DNA from: Acidobacteriota bacterium
GTDB lineage: Bacteria; Acidobacteriota; Blastocatellia; RBC074
Assembly: GCA_040007715.1 (NCBI GenBank)
Contig: JBDTUN010000644.1
Coordinates: 1-58,432 of the forward strand
DNA: 58,432 bases
Direction: 5' to 3'
Of this stretch, positions 1 through 9,566 are shown in pieces. A program made the translations under genes and the position numbers. Each line of letters opens with the position of its first letter. Positions within the stretch are counted from its first letter, which is position 1. The notes under the pieces were generated by a model. That model worked only from the letters and a program-made list of their open reading frames with translations, ran no database searches and was not told where the DNA came from.

Positions 1-1
1 A

Positions 2-394
2 ACCAGTTAGACCAGAGGTACTGAAAAGCTGCAACCGAATGCGTCCTTGCGGATCAAGGTAGACATTTAGATTTCGCACCGTTGATGGCACGCCAAGTGC
101 AGAATTTCCCATTACTTGCCAGACTTCTGAAGGGACAAGTGCGGGGCCTAGACCGCCATTTGAGAGAATTACTTGCATTGAATCAAGGAAGGTTACTTGA
201 GCGCCAGCCGCAATGGGGAGCGTAATGTCGGCAATAGTAATTGATCCTGGCTGGCCGCAAGTCGCGGGATTGAACTTTGTGACTGTTCCGGTAATTCGGA
301 TTGGATTGAATGCCTGTGCCTGCGCTGAAACTGAAACCAGCATCGTCAGGGCAAGGACAAGCAGGGAACTGCAAATTGAAATTCTATTTTTCAT
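2..394 (-). CDS. Secreted protein of unknown function, N-terminal part (runs off the left edge; not in the ORF track)
   Basis: Manual translation from ATG at 394: MKNRISICSSLLVLALTMLVSVSAQAQAFNPIRITGTVTKFNPATCGQPGSITIAD..., open to the window edge. Sec-type signal peptide with AQA cleavage site; SD-like AAGGAAAGGA upstream. Confidence 0.75.
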   Translation of the reverse strand, partial: MKNRISICSSLLVLALTMLVSVSAQAQAFNPIRITGTVTKFNPATCGQPGSITIADITLPIAAGAQVTFLDSMQVILSNGGLGPALVPSEVWQVMGNSALGVPSTVRNLNVYLDPQGRIRLQLFSTSGLTG

Positions 395-605
395 GGAGAT
401 TCCTTTCCTTACTGAGAGGTTGATTGTGAATCAGGAAAAACTCTCGGAAGGCACCATTGACAGCCGTGACTTGGCCACACCTCAAGGCTGCACTGCTGCC
501 ATCACCGACAGAAGTCCCCTATTGGCTGCCGGCGAATGTAAATTCGGGGCAACGTTGTTATTGACTGTTTGCTTGCTTGTGCAGAACGGCCGCTCTGCAT
601 ATTGG

Positions 606-631
606 ATTGTCCGAAACGGGCTGAGTGTTAC
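606..631 (-). promoter_or_regulatory. Putative ECF-type promoter GTAAC-N16-ACAAT upstream of the secreted-protein gene
   Basis: Minus strand reads GTAAC-actcagcccgtttcgg-ACAAT, the same layout as the site at 1009-1034. AAC in the -35 element is typical of ECF promoters. Confidence 0.45.
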
Positions 632-676
632 AGGAAATCTTGAAGAAAAGTTTGGAGCGATGAAATATTGATCTGG

Positions 677-1003
677 CTAGGATACGTGGGAAAGCTTAAG
701 CAGTAGGGCGCGGGCGAATTCTACCTGCTCGCGTTGTGCCGGTGAACTGAGGAAGTTTCGCTCGAAGAGAGCACGATCTTCCTCGTTCAATGTTTTGTGC
801 AGGTAATCGTCAATCAAGTTTTCTTTGACCGCCTGTAACCGGTCGAATAACCGGTCGTCGGCGAAGAAGAGTTCTTCCAACTGCCGCTCTTTTTCGGGTG
901 ATAGATCGCCCAGGAAATACTTGACCATCTCGCGCTCCGATGCTTCAGCGCAAATCTGCTCGCGCTCATGATTGAGTTGTGAAGTGGGCAAGTTCTCGTT
1001 CAT
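677..1003 (-). CDS. Putative anti-sigma-factor-like small protein (soluble, 108 aa)
   Basis: Lies directly downstream of the ECF sigma gene. Helical motif YFLGDLSPE...LEELFFADD...LIDDYL...L...FER resembles N-terminal anti-sigma-like domains found after acidobacterial ECFs. No TM segment. Confidence 0.6.
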   Translation of the reverse strand: MNENLPTSQLNHEREQICAEASEREMVKYFLGDLSPEKERQLEELFFADDRLFDRLQAVKENLIDDYLHKTLNEEDRALFERNFLSSPAQREQVEFARALLLKLSHVS

Positions 1004-1008
1004 CTGCT

Positions 1009-1034
1009 ATTGATGAAAAGCGTCTATCCGTTTC
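1009..1034 (-). promoter_or_regulatory. Putative ECF-type promoter GAAAC-N16-TCAAT, 5 nt before the anti-sigma-like ATG (possibly leaderless)
   Basis: Minus strand reads GAAAC-ggatagacgcttttca-TCAAT-agcag-ATG. Confidence 0.45.
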
Positions 1035-1067
1035 GTACTTTTCGCAGGTGGGAAACGCTACGGTCAG

Positions 1068-1700
1068 CTATTTGCTGTTTTCGCATTTTTTACAGCGGTT
1101 GATGCAGCCGTAGAGTTGTTCTCGGATGCGTAAAGCGCGAATCCGTAAACTGCCAGGGGAGAGACCCAGCTCGTTAGCCAGATCTTGGCGGTTATTGATT
1201 CTTCCGCGATGATCGCCTTCGTAGTATTTCAAGATCAGTTGGCGATCTTCCGGCGACAGGCATCGCAGACAGGTTTCCAGGTAACCAAGATTGATCTCTG
1301 TTTCCTGAAGTTCACTCTCTGCTGACGGGGAGAATGTCGCGTTGGCGGGAGAATTACTCTTGTTGGGCTGAGTGTCAAGCGAAAGTGATTCTCTGGCTGG
1401 ATGCCGCCAATATTCTTTCAAAATGTTATTGGCTACTCCGTAACAGTAGGAGGCCGGATCGGGAATGCGAATCTCTTCGCCTGCGGCCAATTTTCGCGCG
1501 ACGCGATCCAATGTCTTATCGGTCATGTCTTCCGGCGATAGGCAACCGCGATGCTCGAAGAAAAGACGCAGCTTCAGGCGCAACCGTTCGTACTTCTCGC
1601 CGGCGCGCTCCTGTTCAGGATCGAGCCATTCCAACAAACAGGCGAATGCCAGATCGGTCAAGGCCCAGTTCGTTGTCTCTGGCAAGTTGTCTTTGGCCAT
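1068..1700 (-). CDS. ECF-family RNA polymerase sigma factor
   Basis: Region 2-like (YERLRLKLRLFF...PEDMTDKTLDRV...YCYGVANNILKEYWR) and region 4-like (CLRCLSPEDRQLILKYY...LANELGLSPGSLRIRALRIREQL) segments; 210 aa. Confidence 0.85.
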   Translation of the reverse strand: MAKDNLPETTNWALTDLAFACLLEWLDPEQERAGEKYERLRLKLRLFFEHRGCLSPEDMTDKTLDRVARKLAAGEEIRIPDPASYCYGVANNILKEYWRHPARESLSLDTQPNKSNSPANATFSPSAESELQETEINLGYLETCLRCLSPEDRQLILKYYEGDHRGRINNRQDLANELGLSPGSLRIRALRIREQLYGCINRCKKCENSK

Positions 1701-2177
1701 TCAATTTCTCCGAGAGACTGCCGAGGCGTTTATGTCAATGGTCACCCGATATCCTAATCACCCATCCATTACATAATGCGTAAAAGAGCGACAATGTGGC
1801 TCAATTTCGACAAAATTTTTTGTCGCGTCCCTTGTCTTTCTCTTCGCCAGATGCACAAAGAGCCAGGCCGCTCATTTTGTTCCTGTCCAACTATTGCAGA
1901 AAGTGTTTGAAATGCCATGACCTGAACCTCCACTGCTAATGCCAGCGGAGATGTTTAGCGGATAAGTCACACCGATCGTGGGGTTGATTTCGGCGTATGC
2001 GATTGAAATTGGTTGAATGTCCCTGATCCAATGGCAACGCGGCTGAAAAGGCAAGGCTGACGAAAATTCTCAACTGCGTGCTAAGGCAACATAAGCCATC
2101 GGCCAAAATCTGTCCATAGCCGGAGCAAAGGCTGAAAGGTCTGAGAGAAATTTTTTTTGATGGCTGTTCAAGGGGCA

Positions 2178-2206
2178 GGGCGCTCGCCAGCTTGCTACGA
2201 GCGCCC
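2178..2206 (-). terminator. Hairpin downstream of the PD40 gene
   Basis: GGGCGCTCG...CGAGCGCCC inverted repeat about 10 nt after the stop codon; weak U-tract. Confidence 0.4.
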
Positions 2207-2216
2207 GTTGGCGGAC

Positions 2217-3299
2217 TTATTCTACCCAGTCGGCGATGAACACGTTTGTATCGCCCTGTTTGGCGGCGTGGCGGTTGGAGCAGAAGACCAACTTTTTGCC
2301 GTCGGGCGAAAACATCGGGAAGCCGTCGAAGGTCTCGTTGAAAGTAATACGCTCTTGTCCTGAACCATCTACGTTGACCGCATAAAGCTCAAAGTTGCGT
2401 CCCCTGGGATCGTCCAGGTTTGACGAGAAGATGATGCGCTTGCCGTTCGGGAAGAAGAACGGCGCGAAGCTGGCTTTGTTGATGTTGGTTATGCGGCGCT
2501 TGTTCGAACCGTCGGCGTTCATTACCCACAGATCGAGTTTAGTCGGGCGGATCAAATTTTCCTTGAGCAACCCCACGTAGTCGGCTTTCTCCTGCTCGGT
2601 TTCGGGATGATAGGCGCGATAAACAATCTGCTTGCCGTCGTAGCTCCAGAAAGGCCCGCCGTCGTAGCCCAGTTCATTCGTCAGCTTCTTCACGTTCTTA
2701 CCATTCTTGTCCATCGTGTAGATGTCCAGATCGCCATCGCGCAGACTGGTGAAAACGATCATGCCGTCCGGGCGAATGGTCGCCTCGGCATCGTAGCGGT
2801 CTGTCGTGGTCAGCTTCTGCGGGTTCGAGCCATCCAGATTGGCTTTGAAGATGTCGAAACCGGGATAGAGCGCCCAGACATAGCCTTTCGAGAAATCCGG
2901 CTTGGGGGGGCATTTCGGATCGGCCTTGAAGGTCGAAGCATAAACAATGTGCTTTTTGTCAGGCGTCAAGTAAGCGCAGGTCGTCTTGCCTTCGCCGTTC
3001 GACAGCATCTTCATCTCCGAACCGTCCGGGTTCATCGAAAAGATTTGGTCGCAGCCGTCGCCTTTGACCGCACGCTGAAAGATCAGCTTCTTGCCGTCCC
3101 GCGAAAAGTAGGCTTCGGCGTTCTCGCCTTCAAACGTGAGCTGTTTGATGTTGGCCAGATGCTTTTCGCGCGGATCTTTGAGACCTTCTGGCACGGACGA
3201 TTGCAAGTCAATTGAGTGAGAGTCTGCTCTGCGCGAATGGAATAGGATGCCGGAGGCGGTCGCACAGAGAATCAGGAGCACGCTTACGAGGATTCGCAT
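2217..3299 (-). CDS. TolB-like / PD40 (WD40-like beta-propeller) periplasmic protein
   Basis: Repeated FSxDGKKLxF / WSYDGKQIVY motifs and a hydrophobic N-terminus (MRILVSVLLILCATASG). Start placed at ATG 3299 rather than the ORF-track 3371. Confidence 0.85.
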   Translation of the reverse strand: MRILVSVLLILCATASGILFHSRRADSHSIDLQSSVPEGLKDPREKHLANIKQLTFEGENAEAYFSRDGKKLIFQRAVKGDGCDQIFSMNPDGSEMKMLSNGEGKTTCAYLTPDKKHIVYASTFKADPKCPPKPDFSKGYVWALYPGFDIFKANLDGSNPQKLTTTDRYDAEATIRPDGMIVFTSLRDGDLDIYTMDKNGKNVKKLTNELGYDGGPFWSYDGKQIVYRAYHPETEQEKADYVGLLKENLIRPTKLDLWVMNADGSNKRRITNINKASFAPFFFPNGKRIIFSSNLDDPRGRNFELYAVNVDGSGQERITFNETFDGFPMFSPDGKKLVFCSNRHAAKQGDTNVFIADWVE

Positions 3300-3403
3300 A
3301 ATCTTTCTGAAAAAATTGCTGGAAAGGAGACTTGATATAAAGGAAGAGCGATGAACGGCAATTGCTTTCAACCGTCGCTCATCGCTCTTTGCTCTATGGT
3401 TAT

Positions 3404-5545
3404 TTACTCTTCTTCCTGGTGGCGGTTTCCGCCTCTGCCGCCTTCTTTACCGCCGCCCTTTTTATCGTTGAGCAGTGCCTTGCGGCTGAGGCGAACTTTG
3501 TTGCCTTCGATGCCGATGCACTTGACCATGACCTGCTGGCCTTCGGTCAATTCGTCGCGCACGTCGCGAACGCGGTAATCGGCAATCTCCGAAACGTGCA
3601 ACAGGCCGTCCATGCCCGGCAGGATTTCGATGAACGCGCCAAAATCCACGATGCGCGAAACCGTGCCCAGATAGGTTTTGCCAATCTCGGCTTCGGCGGT
3701 GATATCGCGGATGATCTGCATGGCCATCTCGGCGGCTTCACCGTTGGCGGTGGCAATCGAGATGCGGCCTGAATCGTCCACGTCAATCTTCGCGCCAGTG
3801 CGCTCGACGATTGACTTAATCATCTTGCCGCCTGGTCCAATGACGTCGCGAATCTTGTCGGGGTTGATCTGGATAGTCAGGATTCTGGGCGCATACTGGC
3901 TGATTTCCTGGCGCGGGGCGGCCAGCACTTCATCCATCTTGTCCAGAATGAAGAGGCGGCCTTTCTTGGCCTGATCCAGCGCATCCGCCAGAATCTGCGG
4001 GTTCAATCCGGTAACCTTGATGTCCATCTGCAAGGCGGTGATTCCGTTGCGGGTTCCGGCCACCTTGAAATCCATATCGCCATAATGATCTTCAGCGCCG
4101 GCGATGTCGGTCAGGATGGCGAACTTTTTGTCTTCCATCACCAGGCCCATCGCCACGCCTGCAACCGGGGCTTTGATTGGCACACCCGCGTCCATCATCG
4201 CGATGATTCCGCCGCAGACCGTGGCCATCGAAGATGAACCATTCGATTCGGTAATGTCTGACACGACACGAACGACATAAGGCCAATCTTCTTCGCCAGG
4301 CATAACGGCTTCAATCGCCCGAGCGGCGAGCGCGCCGTGGCCGATTTCGCGGCGTCCTGGGCTGCCCGTGCGGCCAGTTTCGCCAACCGAGAATGGCGGA
4401 AAATTGTAATTGAGCATGAAGCGGCGTTTGAATTCGCCATTCTCCAGACTATCTACGTACTGCACATCCTGCGACGTGCCAAGCGTTGCCGTCACCACTG
4501 CCTGCGTTTCGCCACGTTGGAAGATGGCTGAACCGTGCGTGCGCGGCAGCCAGCCGGCTTCGATGGCGATGGGACGAATCTCTGAAAACCGGCGGCCATC
4601 GGGACGGCGGCGGTTATTCAGAATGTCATCGCGGAAGATGGCCTCTTTCAAATGGTCGAACAGGGAACTGGCTTCCTTGCGAACATCCGGTTTGTCTTCC
4701 GGATAACCTTCAATGACGCGTTTTTTCAAGTCGTCAATCGCGCCGTAGCTTTCGATCTTCGATTTGTTCTGCACATTCAATGCCTCGCGCATATCGCCGC
4801 TGTATTTTTCGGCGATCTCGCGCAGCAATGCTTCGTTGACCGGCTTCGGATCGAAGGCGCGTTTTTTAATCGCGAGCTTTTCGCCCATCGCGCGTTGCAA
4901 CTGGCAAAGCTTTTTGATCTCGCCGTGAGCAAACAACAACGCTTCCAGCATGACCTGTTCGCTGACTTCTTTCGCGCCGGCTTCGACCATCACAATGGCC
5001 TCTTCGCTGCCCGCGACAATCAGATTCAGCACTGATTCCCGCAATTCGTCGTAGGTCGGATTAACGATGTATTTGCCTTCAACCAAACCCACGCGCACAC
5101 CGGCAATCGGATTATGGAAAGGGATGTCAGATAAATAGAGCGCTGCCGAGGCGCCGGTAATCGCCAGCACGTCAGGCTCATTATCGTCGTCGGCTGACAT
5201 GACCATCGAAATGATCTGCGTTTCGTGCTGGTAACCTTCGGGAAACAGCGGACGAATCGGGCGGTCAGTCAGCCGGCAGGTCAGAATCTCTTTTTCAGTC
5301 GGGCGGCCTTCGCGTTTGAAGTAGCCACCGGGGATGCGCCCCGCCGCGTAACCATATTCGCGGTAATCAACAGTCAGCGGGAAAAAATCCGCGTTTTCTC
5401 TGGGCTTGCGCGCGGACACGGCTGTCACCAGCACGACGGTTTCGCCTTGCGTGACAAGCACAGCGCCATCGGCTTGTTTTGCAATGCGGCCTGTTTCAAT
5501 CGTGAACTCACGGCCGCCTAAATTGATGCCTTGTTTTAGAAACAT
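3404..5545 (-). CDS. pnp: Polyribonucleotide nucleotidyltransferase (PNPase)
   Basis: FFPLTVDYRE, RxxDRPIRPLFP, RREIGHG, SNGSSSMA, GDMDFKVAG motifs, plus KH (VIGPGGK) and S1 domains; downstream of rpsO. Confidence 0.99.
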   Translation of the reverse strand: MFLKQGINLGGREFTIETGRIAKQADGAVLVTQGETVVLVTAVSARKPRENADFFPLTVDYREYGYAAGRIPGGYFKREGRPTEKEILTCRLTDRPIRPLFPEGYQHETQIISMVMSADDDNEPDVLAITGASAALYLSDIPFHNPIAGVRVGLVEGKYIVNPTYDELRESVLNLIVAGSEEAIVMVEAGAKEVSEQVMLEALLFAHGEIKKLCQLQRAMGEKLAIKKRAFDPKPVNEALLREIAEKYSGDMREALNVQNKSKIESYGAIDDLKKRVIEGYPEDKPDVRKEASSLFDHLKEAIFRDDILNNRRRPDGRRFSEIRPIAIEAGWLPRTHGSAIFQRGETQAVVTATLGTSQDVQYVDSLENGEFKRRFMLNYNFPPFSVGETGRTGSPGRREIGHGALAARAIEAVMPGEEDWPYVVRVVSDITESNGSSSMATVCGGIIAMMDAGVPIKAPVAGVAMGLVMEDKKFAILTDIAGAEDHYGDMDFKVAGTRNGITALQMDIKVTGLNPQILADALDQAKKGRLFILDKMDEVLAAPRQEISQYAPRILTIQINPDKIRDVIGPGGKMIKSIVERTGAKIDVDDSGRISIATANGEAAEMAMQIIRDITAEAEIGKTYLGTVSRIVDFGAFIEILPGMDGLLHVSEIADYRVRDVRDELTEGQQVMVKCIGIEGNKVRLSRKALLNDKKGGGKEGGRGGNRHQEEE

Positions 5546-5904
5546 CTTGTATCTCTCCTATCATCATGGGCAGCCAGCTCTGGCGACGCTGGTCTGCACA
5601 AACAAAAAGCCAGAAGCCCGACGACGAAGATTCGCGCCGCAGCACTCCTGGCCGGAACTTTATGGAAATAAACTTGTGATTCCTTGAGAGGAATATCGGA
5701 ACTCTCGCTCACGGTGGGCGATCTCATTGTAAATGGGCAGCTTTGAAGAGGTGGTGGCGCTGAGGGCATCCGAAAAAATTGTCAGCAGACTTCGGATGAG
5801 ATCATTCGTCTTCCCTAGTGCGCCTGCGGGCGAGCCAGCTTCAGACGTATTCGCGAAGCTTCTGGCAGGGAGTACGCGCCGTCACGTTCGGCTGCACAAC
5901 GAAA

Positions 5905-5934
5905 GCGGCGTCCGAATCAACGGACGCCGCCAAC
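5905..5934 (-). terminator. Probable terminator/attenuator hairpin after rpsO
   Basis: Perfect 10-bp stem GCGGCGTCCG-N6-CGGACGCCGC followed by TTTCGTT on the minus strand. Confidence 0.6.
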
Positions 5935-5944
5935 AATTTCAAAC

Positions 5945-6214
5945 TTACTTTCTCAAACCCAGACGACTAATCAACTCGTGGTAGCGAGTGATGTCAGTGC
6001 GCTTCAGATAATCAAGCATGCTGCGGCGCTGGCTGACCATCTTGAGCAGACCGCGGCGCGAGTGATTGTCTTTCTTATGCGTCTTGAAATGATCTTGTAG
6101 TTCGTTGATGCGTTTGGTTAAGAGCGCCACCTGAACTTCCGGCGAACCGGTATCAGAGCCATGCGTCTTGTACTGCGAAATGACGTCCAATTTAGCTTCT
6201 TTTACTAAAGCCAT
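5945..6214 (-). CDS. rpsO: 30S ribosomal protein S15
   Basis: MALVKEAK...[17 protein letters not shown]...[19 protein letters not shown]; 89 aa from ATG 6214; canonical rpsO-pnp synteny. Confidence 0.99.
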   Translation of the reverse strand: MALVKEAKLDVISQYKTHGSDTGSPEVQVALLTKRINELQDHFKTHKKDNHSRRGLLKMVSQRRSMLDYLKRTDITRYHELISRLGLRK

Positions 6215-6306
6215 TACGGTATCTCTTTCCTCCGAAATATGTTGATTGCCTTGTCGAAATTGAGGCGCAAAGGTAGCAGAGCAATAGATAAAGTTCAAGG
6301 CTTGCT

Positions 6307-6450
6307 TCATTCGGGTATTAATAGGGTCGAATCATGCTCAGTCTTTCCGCCTTTGCCTCTGCAATCGTTGATTCCAGTGCCAGGCAGGTTGTCGAAATCG
6401 CCTGCGTCCATTGCCTCGCGAATCTTCTCTTCGATCAGTTTTCCGAACAT
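6307..6450 (-). pseudogene. Truncated DUF1992 (DnaJ-related) fragment, 47 aa
   Basis: Manual translation MFGKLIEEKIREAMDAGDFDNLPGTG... matches the DUF1992 N-terminal signature (IEExIREAM..G.FDNLPG.G) and then diverges and stops. Confidence 0.6.
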
Positions 6451-6668
6451 AGGTACAATTGAGAATCTGAAGTCTTGCGCATAAACTGCGCGCCTTTCGT
6501 ACGGTTGGCAATCACAGGATCACATTCACTCTCTCGCCTTTCAAGCAAGCAAGTGTGAAGTTACTTTTCCGCGTTTTGTTGTTCGCGTGCGGAAGACGGA
6601 AGCTGATGTGACAGCCTACTGGCTGTGTGCCATCATTGCCGCGCCGAATCAACAAAGGAGTACCGGTT

Positions 6669-6968
6669 ATGCAAGCAACGGAAATGAGCGAAACCTGCAC
6701 ATTGACCGAGTTTCAAGGGCACGTCGAAGAGCATATCAACCGCGTAGCACGGACGCGACAGCCGATGTTCGTAGCCTCGAACGGCGCGCCGGATGTTGTG
6801 CTGCTTGATGTCGAAAGTTACCAGCAGATGCTGGAAACAATTGATCGAGCGGAAGCCATTGAAGGCATCCGCCAGGGACTCGAATCCATGCGGCAAGGCA
6901 AGGGGCGGCCAGCGCATGAGTTTTTGGAAGAACTGCGGCAGAAATACAACATCCCGGCAAAGCAATGA
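6669..6968 (+). CDS. Type II antitoxin, Phd/YefM family
   Basis: SD AAAGGAG before ATG 6669; pattern TLTEFQ...INRVARTRQPMFVASNG..DVVLLDVESYQ; ATGA overlap with the toxin gene. Confidence 0.85.
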   Translation: MQATEMSETCTLTEFQGHVEEHINRVARTRQPMFVASNGAPDVVLLDVESYQQMLETIDRAEAIEGIRQGLESMRQGKGRPAHEFLEELRQKYNIPAKQ

Positions 6969-7273
6969 GCTATCGCGTCATTATTGAAGAACCGGCTCAG
7001 GCCGAAATGGAAGATGTCCTTCGCTGGATGGCGCAGCACTCGCCGGAGGCAGCCGCGCTATGGCACTTCGATTTGACCGAGGCGATTGAAAGTTTTCAGA
7101 ACTCTCCGCGTAGCTGCCCGCTTGCCTACGAGAACGAAGAGTTTGACGAAGAGATTCGCCATTTGATCTTCGGCAAGTACCGTATCCTTTTCACTATTCG
7201 CGACGAAAGCGTCTACGTCTTGCATGTCCGCCACTCCGCGAGAAAGCCGTTAAAGCGGCAAGACGGCTCTTGA
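6965..7273 (+). CDS. Type II toxin, RelE/ParE family
   Basis: MSYRVII...A..E...P.SCPLA.E....EIRHLIFGKYRILFTI....VYVLHVRHSAR; translationally coupled to the antitoxin. Confidence 0.88.
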   Translation: MSYRVIIEEPAQAEMEDVLRWMAQHSPEAAALWHFDLTEAIESFQNSPRSCPLAYENEEFDEEIRHLIFGKYRILFTIRDESVYVLHVRHSARKPLKRQDGS

Positions 7274-7292
7274 TGAATCTTCAAATCAGCAG

Positions 7293-7844
7293 ATGCATTC
7301 AGATGACGACATAGCGGCGATTCGCCATCAGTACGAAGAGCACGGCGTTGAAAGTTATTACGCGCGGTTCGGCGCCGGCTACCGCAATCCGCACGAACCC
7401 GTCATTCGCGAAGTTTTACAAGAAGCCGTTCCGCGCTGGCAGTTGAATTTAACCCACGTGCTCGATCTGGCTTGTGGCAGCGGAGAAGTAACACTGTCAT
7501 TAAGAGAGCTTGGCTGCCAACGGATTGACGGCATTGACCCGCACACAGGCGAAGCGTATCTGGCAAGAACGGGTCAGTCTGCCGAAGCAATCAGCTTTGA
7601 ACAGATTGCGGCGGGTGCGTTGGGCGGGCGGCATTACAGTTTGGTCGTGTGCAGCTTTGCGATGCATTTGATTGACGAATCCTGGCTGCCCGGTTTGCTG
7701 GCGCAGCTTGGCTTGCTTGGCGATTGCCTGCTGATCCTGACTCCGCACAAACGGCCGGAGATCAAAGCGGCGTGGGGCTGGACGCTGGAAGATGAATTCC
7801 TGATGGAACGGGTGCGTGCGCGGCTGTATCGGCTCAGGCACTGA
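7293..7844 (+). CDS. Class I SAM-dependent methyltransferase
   Basis: Motif I VLDLACGSGE, acidic GIDP, and VVCSFAMHL. Confidence 0.8.
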   Translation: MHSDDDIAAIRHQYEEHGVESYYARFGAGYRNPHEPVIREVLQEAVPRWQLNLTHVLDLACGSGEVTLSLRELGCQRIDGIDPHTGEAYLARTGQSAEAISFEQIAAGALGGRHYSLVVCSFAMHLIDESWLPGLLAQLGLLGDCLLILTPHKRPEIKAAWGWTLEDEFLMERVRARLYRLRH

Positions 7845-7883
7845 AGAATAACCTGACTCAAAAAGCTTACTTCAGGAGAAACG

Positions 7884-9557
7884 ATGACCCCGATCTTTCT
7901 TTTCCAGGCGGCGCGTCTGGTCGCCGTGGATTACATCGTGCTGGTGCTCTATTTCGTCGTGATCTTTGCCATCGGCTGGTATCACTCGCGCAAAGAGCGG
8001 ACGACGACCGACTACTTTCTGGCCAGCCGCGACGTGGCCTGGTGGGCCATTGGCGCGTCGCTCTTTTCGTCGAACATCGGCAGCGAGCATTTTATCGGGC
8101 TGGCTGGCGCGGGCGCGTCTTCGGGGATGGCGGTCGGGCATTACGAATGGCTCGCGTCGTTGATTATTTTGATGTTGGGCTGGGTCTTTGTGCCGTTCTA
8201 CCTGCGCTCGAACGTGTACACGATGCCGGAGTTTTTAGAGCGCCGTTACAACAGCGCGTGCCGCACCTATCTGGCCAGTATTTCGCTGGTTGCCTACATT
8301 TTCACCAAGATCGCCGTTGCCATCTTTGCCGGAGCCATCGTGCTGAAGGCGGTGCTGGGCTGGGACATGATGACCAGTTCGTTGGCGCTGGTAGTGGCCA
8401 CGGGCATTTACACAATTGCCGGCGGTCTGGCGGCGGTGATTTATACGGAAGTGATTCAAACGGTAATTCTGGTGGCGGGCGCACTGGTATTGATGTTCAT
8501 CGGGCTGGACAAGGTGGGGGGATGGAGCGGATTGCGCGCGGCTGTGCCCCCCGACTTCTTCCATATGATGAAACCGGCGGATCACGGTGAATATCCGTGG
8601 ACGGGGATTTTCTTCGGCGCGCCATTACTGGGCATTTGGTACTGGTGTACCGATCAAGTGATTGTTCAGCGTGTGCTTTCGGCCAAAGACATTGCCAATG
8701 CGAAGGCCGGCACGGTGCTGGCGGGATTTTTGAAAATCCTGCCGATTTTTATGCTGGTGGTGCCTGGGATGATCGCGCGCGCGCTTTATCCGGCGGAGAT
8801 GGCGGAAAATTCGAACTCGGCCTTTCCGTCGCTGGTGGTGCGCCTGATGCCTGTCGGAATGCAGGGCGTGATGGTTGCGGCAATGCTGGCCGCGTTAATG
8901 TCCAGTTTGAGCGCGGTCTTCAATTCCAGTTCAACGATTTTCACCATGGACTTTTACAAGAAGCTTAAACCCGGGGCTTCTGAAAAAGAGTTGGTCAATG
9001 TTGGCCGCCTGGCGACAGTGGTTATGGTTGTGCTGGGTTTGCTGTGGATTCCCTTTATGGGGCGCATCAGCACGAAACTCTGGAACTACCTGCAAAGCGT
9101 GCAGGCTTATATTTCGCCGCCGATTGCCGCCGTCTTCCTGTTCGGCCTGTTCTGGAAGCGAATCAATGGGCAGGGCGCGATTGCTTCGTTGCTGACGGGG
9201 TTTTTGCTGGGTGCGGCACGATTCATCCTGGAGGTGGTTTACGCTGGGCAGCAACTTTCCGGCTTTCTGGAATTTTATGTGCGAATAAACTTTCTGCATT
9301 TTGCCATCTTGATGTTTGCCGTTTGTGTGGTCGTGCTGATCGCGGTCAGTCTGTTGACGCCAGCGCCTGCGGCAAGCAAAGTCGCCGGGCTGACGTTCCA
9401 AACAATCAAAGAGACGATTACGATGACTGAAGCTGAGTCAGCCAGCATTCTGCAATCTCCGGCAGAAGAAGAGACGGCAACCCAGCGAAAGATCAATCTG
9501 GCCTTGGCCGGGCTTCTGATTGCAACCATCATCTCGCTGTGGATTTACTTTGCGTGA
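7884..9557 (+). CDS. Sodium:solute symporter (SGLT-like sugar transporter, probably galactose)
   Basis: DYFLASR, GASLFSSNIGSEHFIGLAG, TMPEFLERRY, WYWCTDQVIVQRVL motifs; many TM helices; in an operon with galK. Confidence 0.93.
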   Translation: MTPIFLFQAARLVAVDYIVLVLYFVVIFAIGWYHSRKERTTTDYFLASRDVAWWAIGASLFSSNIGSEHFIGLAGAGASSGMAVGHYEWLASLIILMLGWVFVPFYLRSNVYTMPEFLERRYNSACRTYLASISLVAYIFTKIAVAIFAGAIVLKAVLGWDMMTSSLALVVATGIYTIAGGLAAVIYTEVIQTVILVAGALVLMFIGLDKVGGWSGLRAAVPPDFFHMMKPADHGEYPWTGIFFGAPLLGIWYWCTDQVIVQRVLSAKDIANAKAGTVLAGFLKILPIFMLVVPGMIARALYPAEMAENSNSAFPSLVVRLMPVGMQGVMVAAMLAALMSSLSAVFNSSSTIFTMDFYKKLKPGASEKELVNVGRLATVVMVVLGLLWIPFMGRISTKLWNYLQSVQAYISPPIAAVFLFGLFWKRINGQGAIASLLTGFLLGAARFILEVVYAGQQLSGFLEFYVRINFLHFAILMFAVCVVVLIAVSLLTPAPAASKVAGLTFQTIKETITMTEAESASILQSPAEEETATQRKINLALAGLLIATIISLWIYFA

Positions 9558-9566
9558 TCTTCCGAT

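Noticed and set aside
213-671. 152-aa plus-strand ORF
   Set aside because: Antisense to the signal-peptide-bearing minus-strand gene and its leader; no recognisable motif.
1872-2054. 60-aa minus-strand ORF with a Gly/Ser-rich, protein-like C-terminus
   Set aside because: No convincing start or SD; it might be a gene remnant but cannot be supported.
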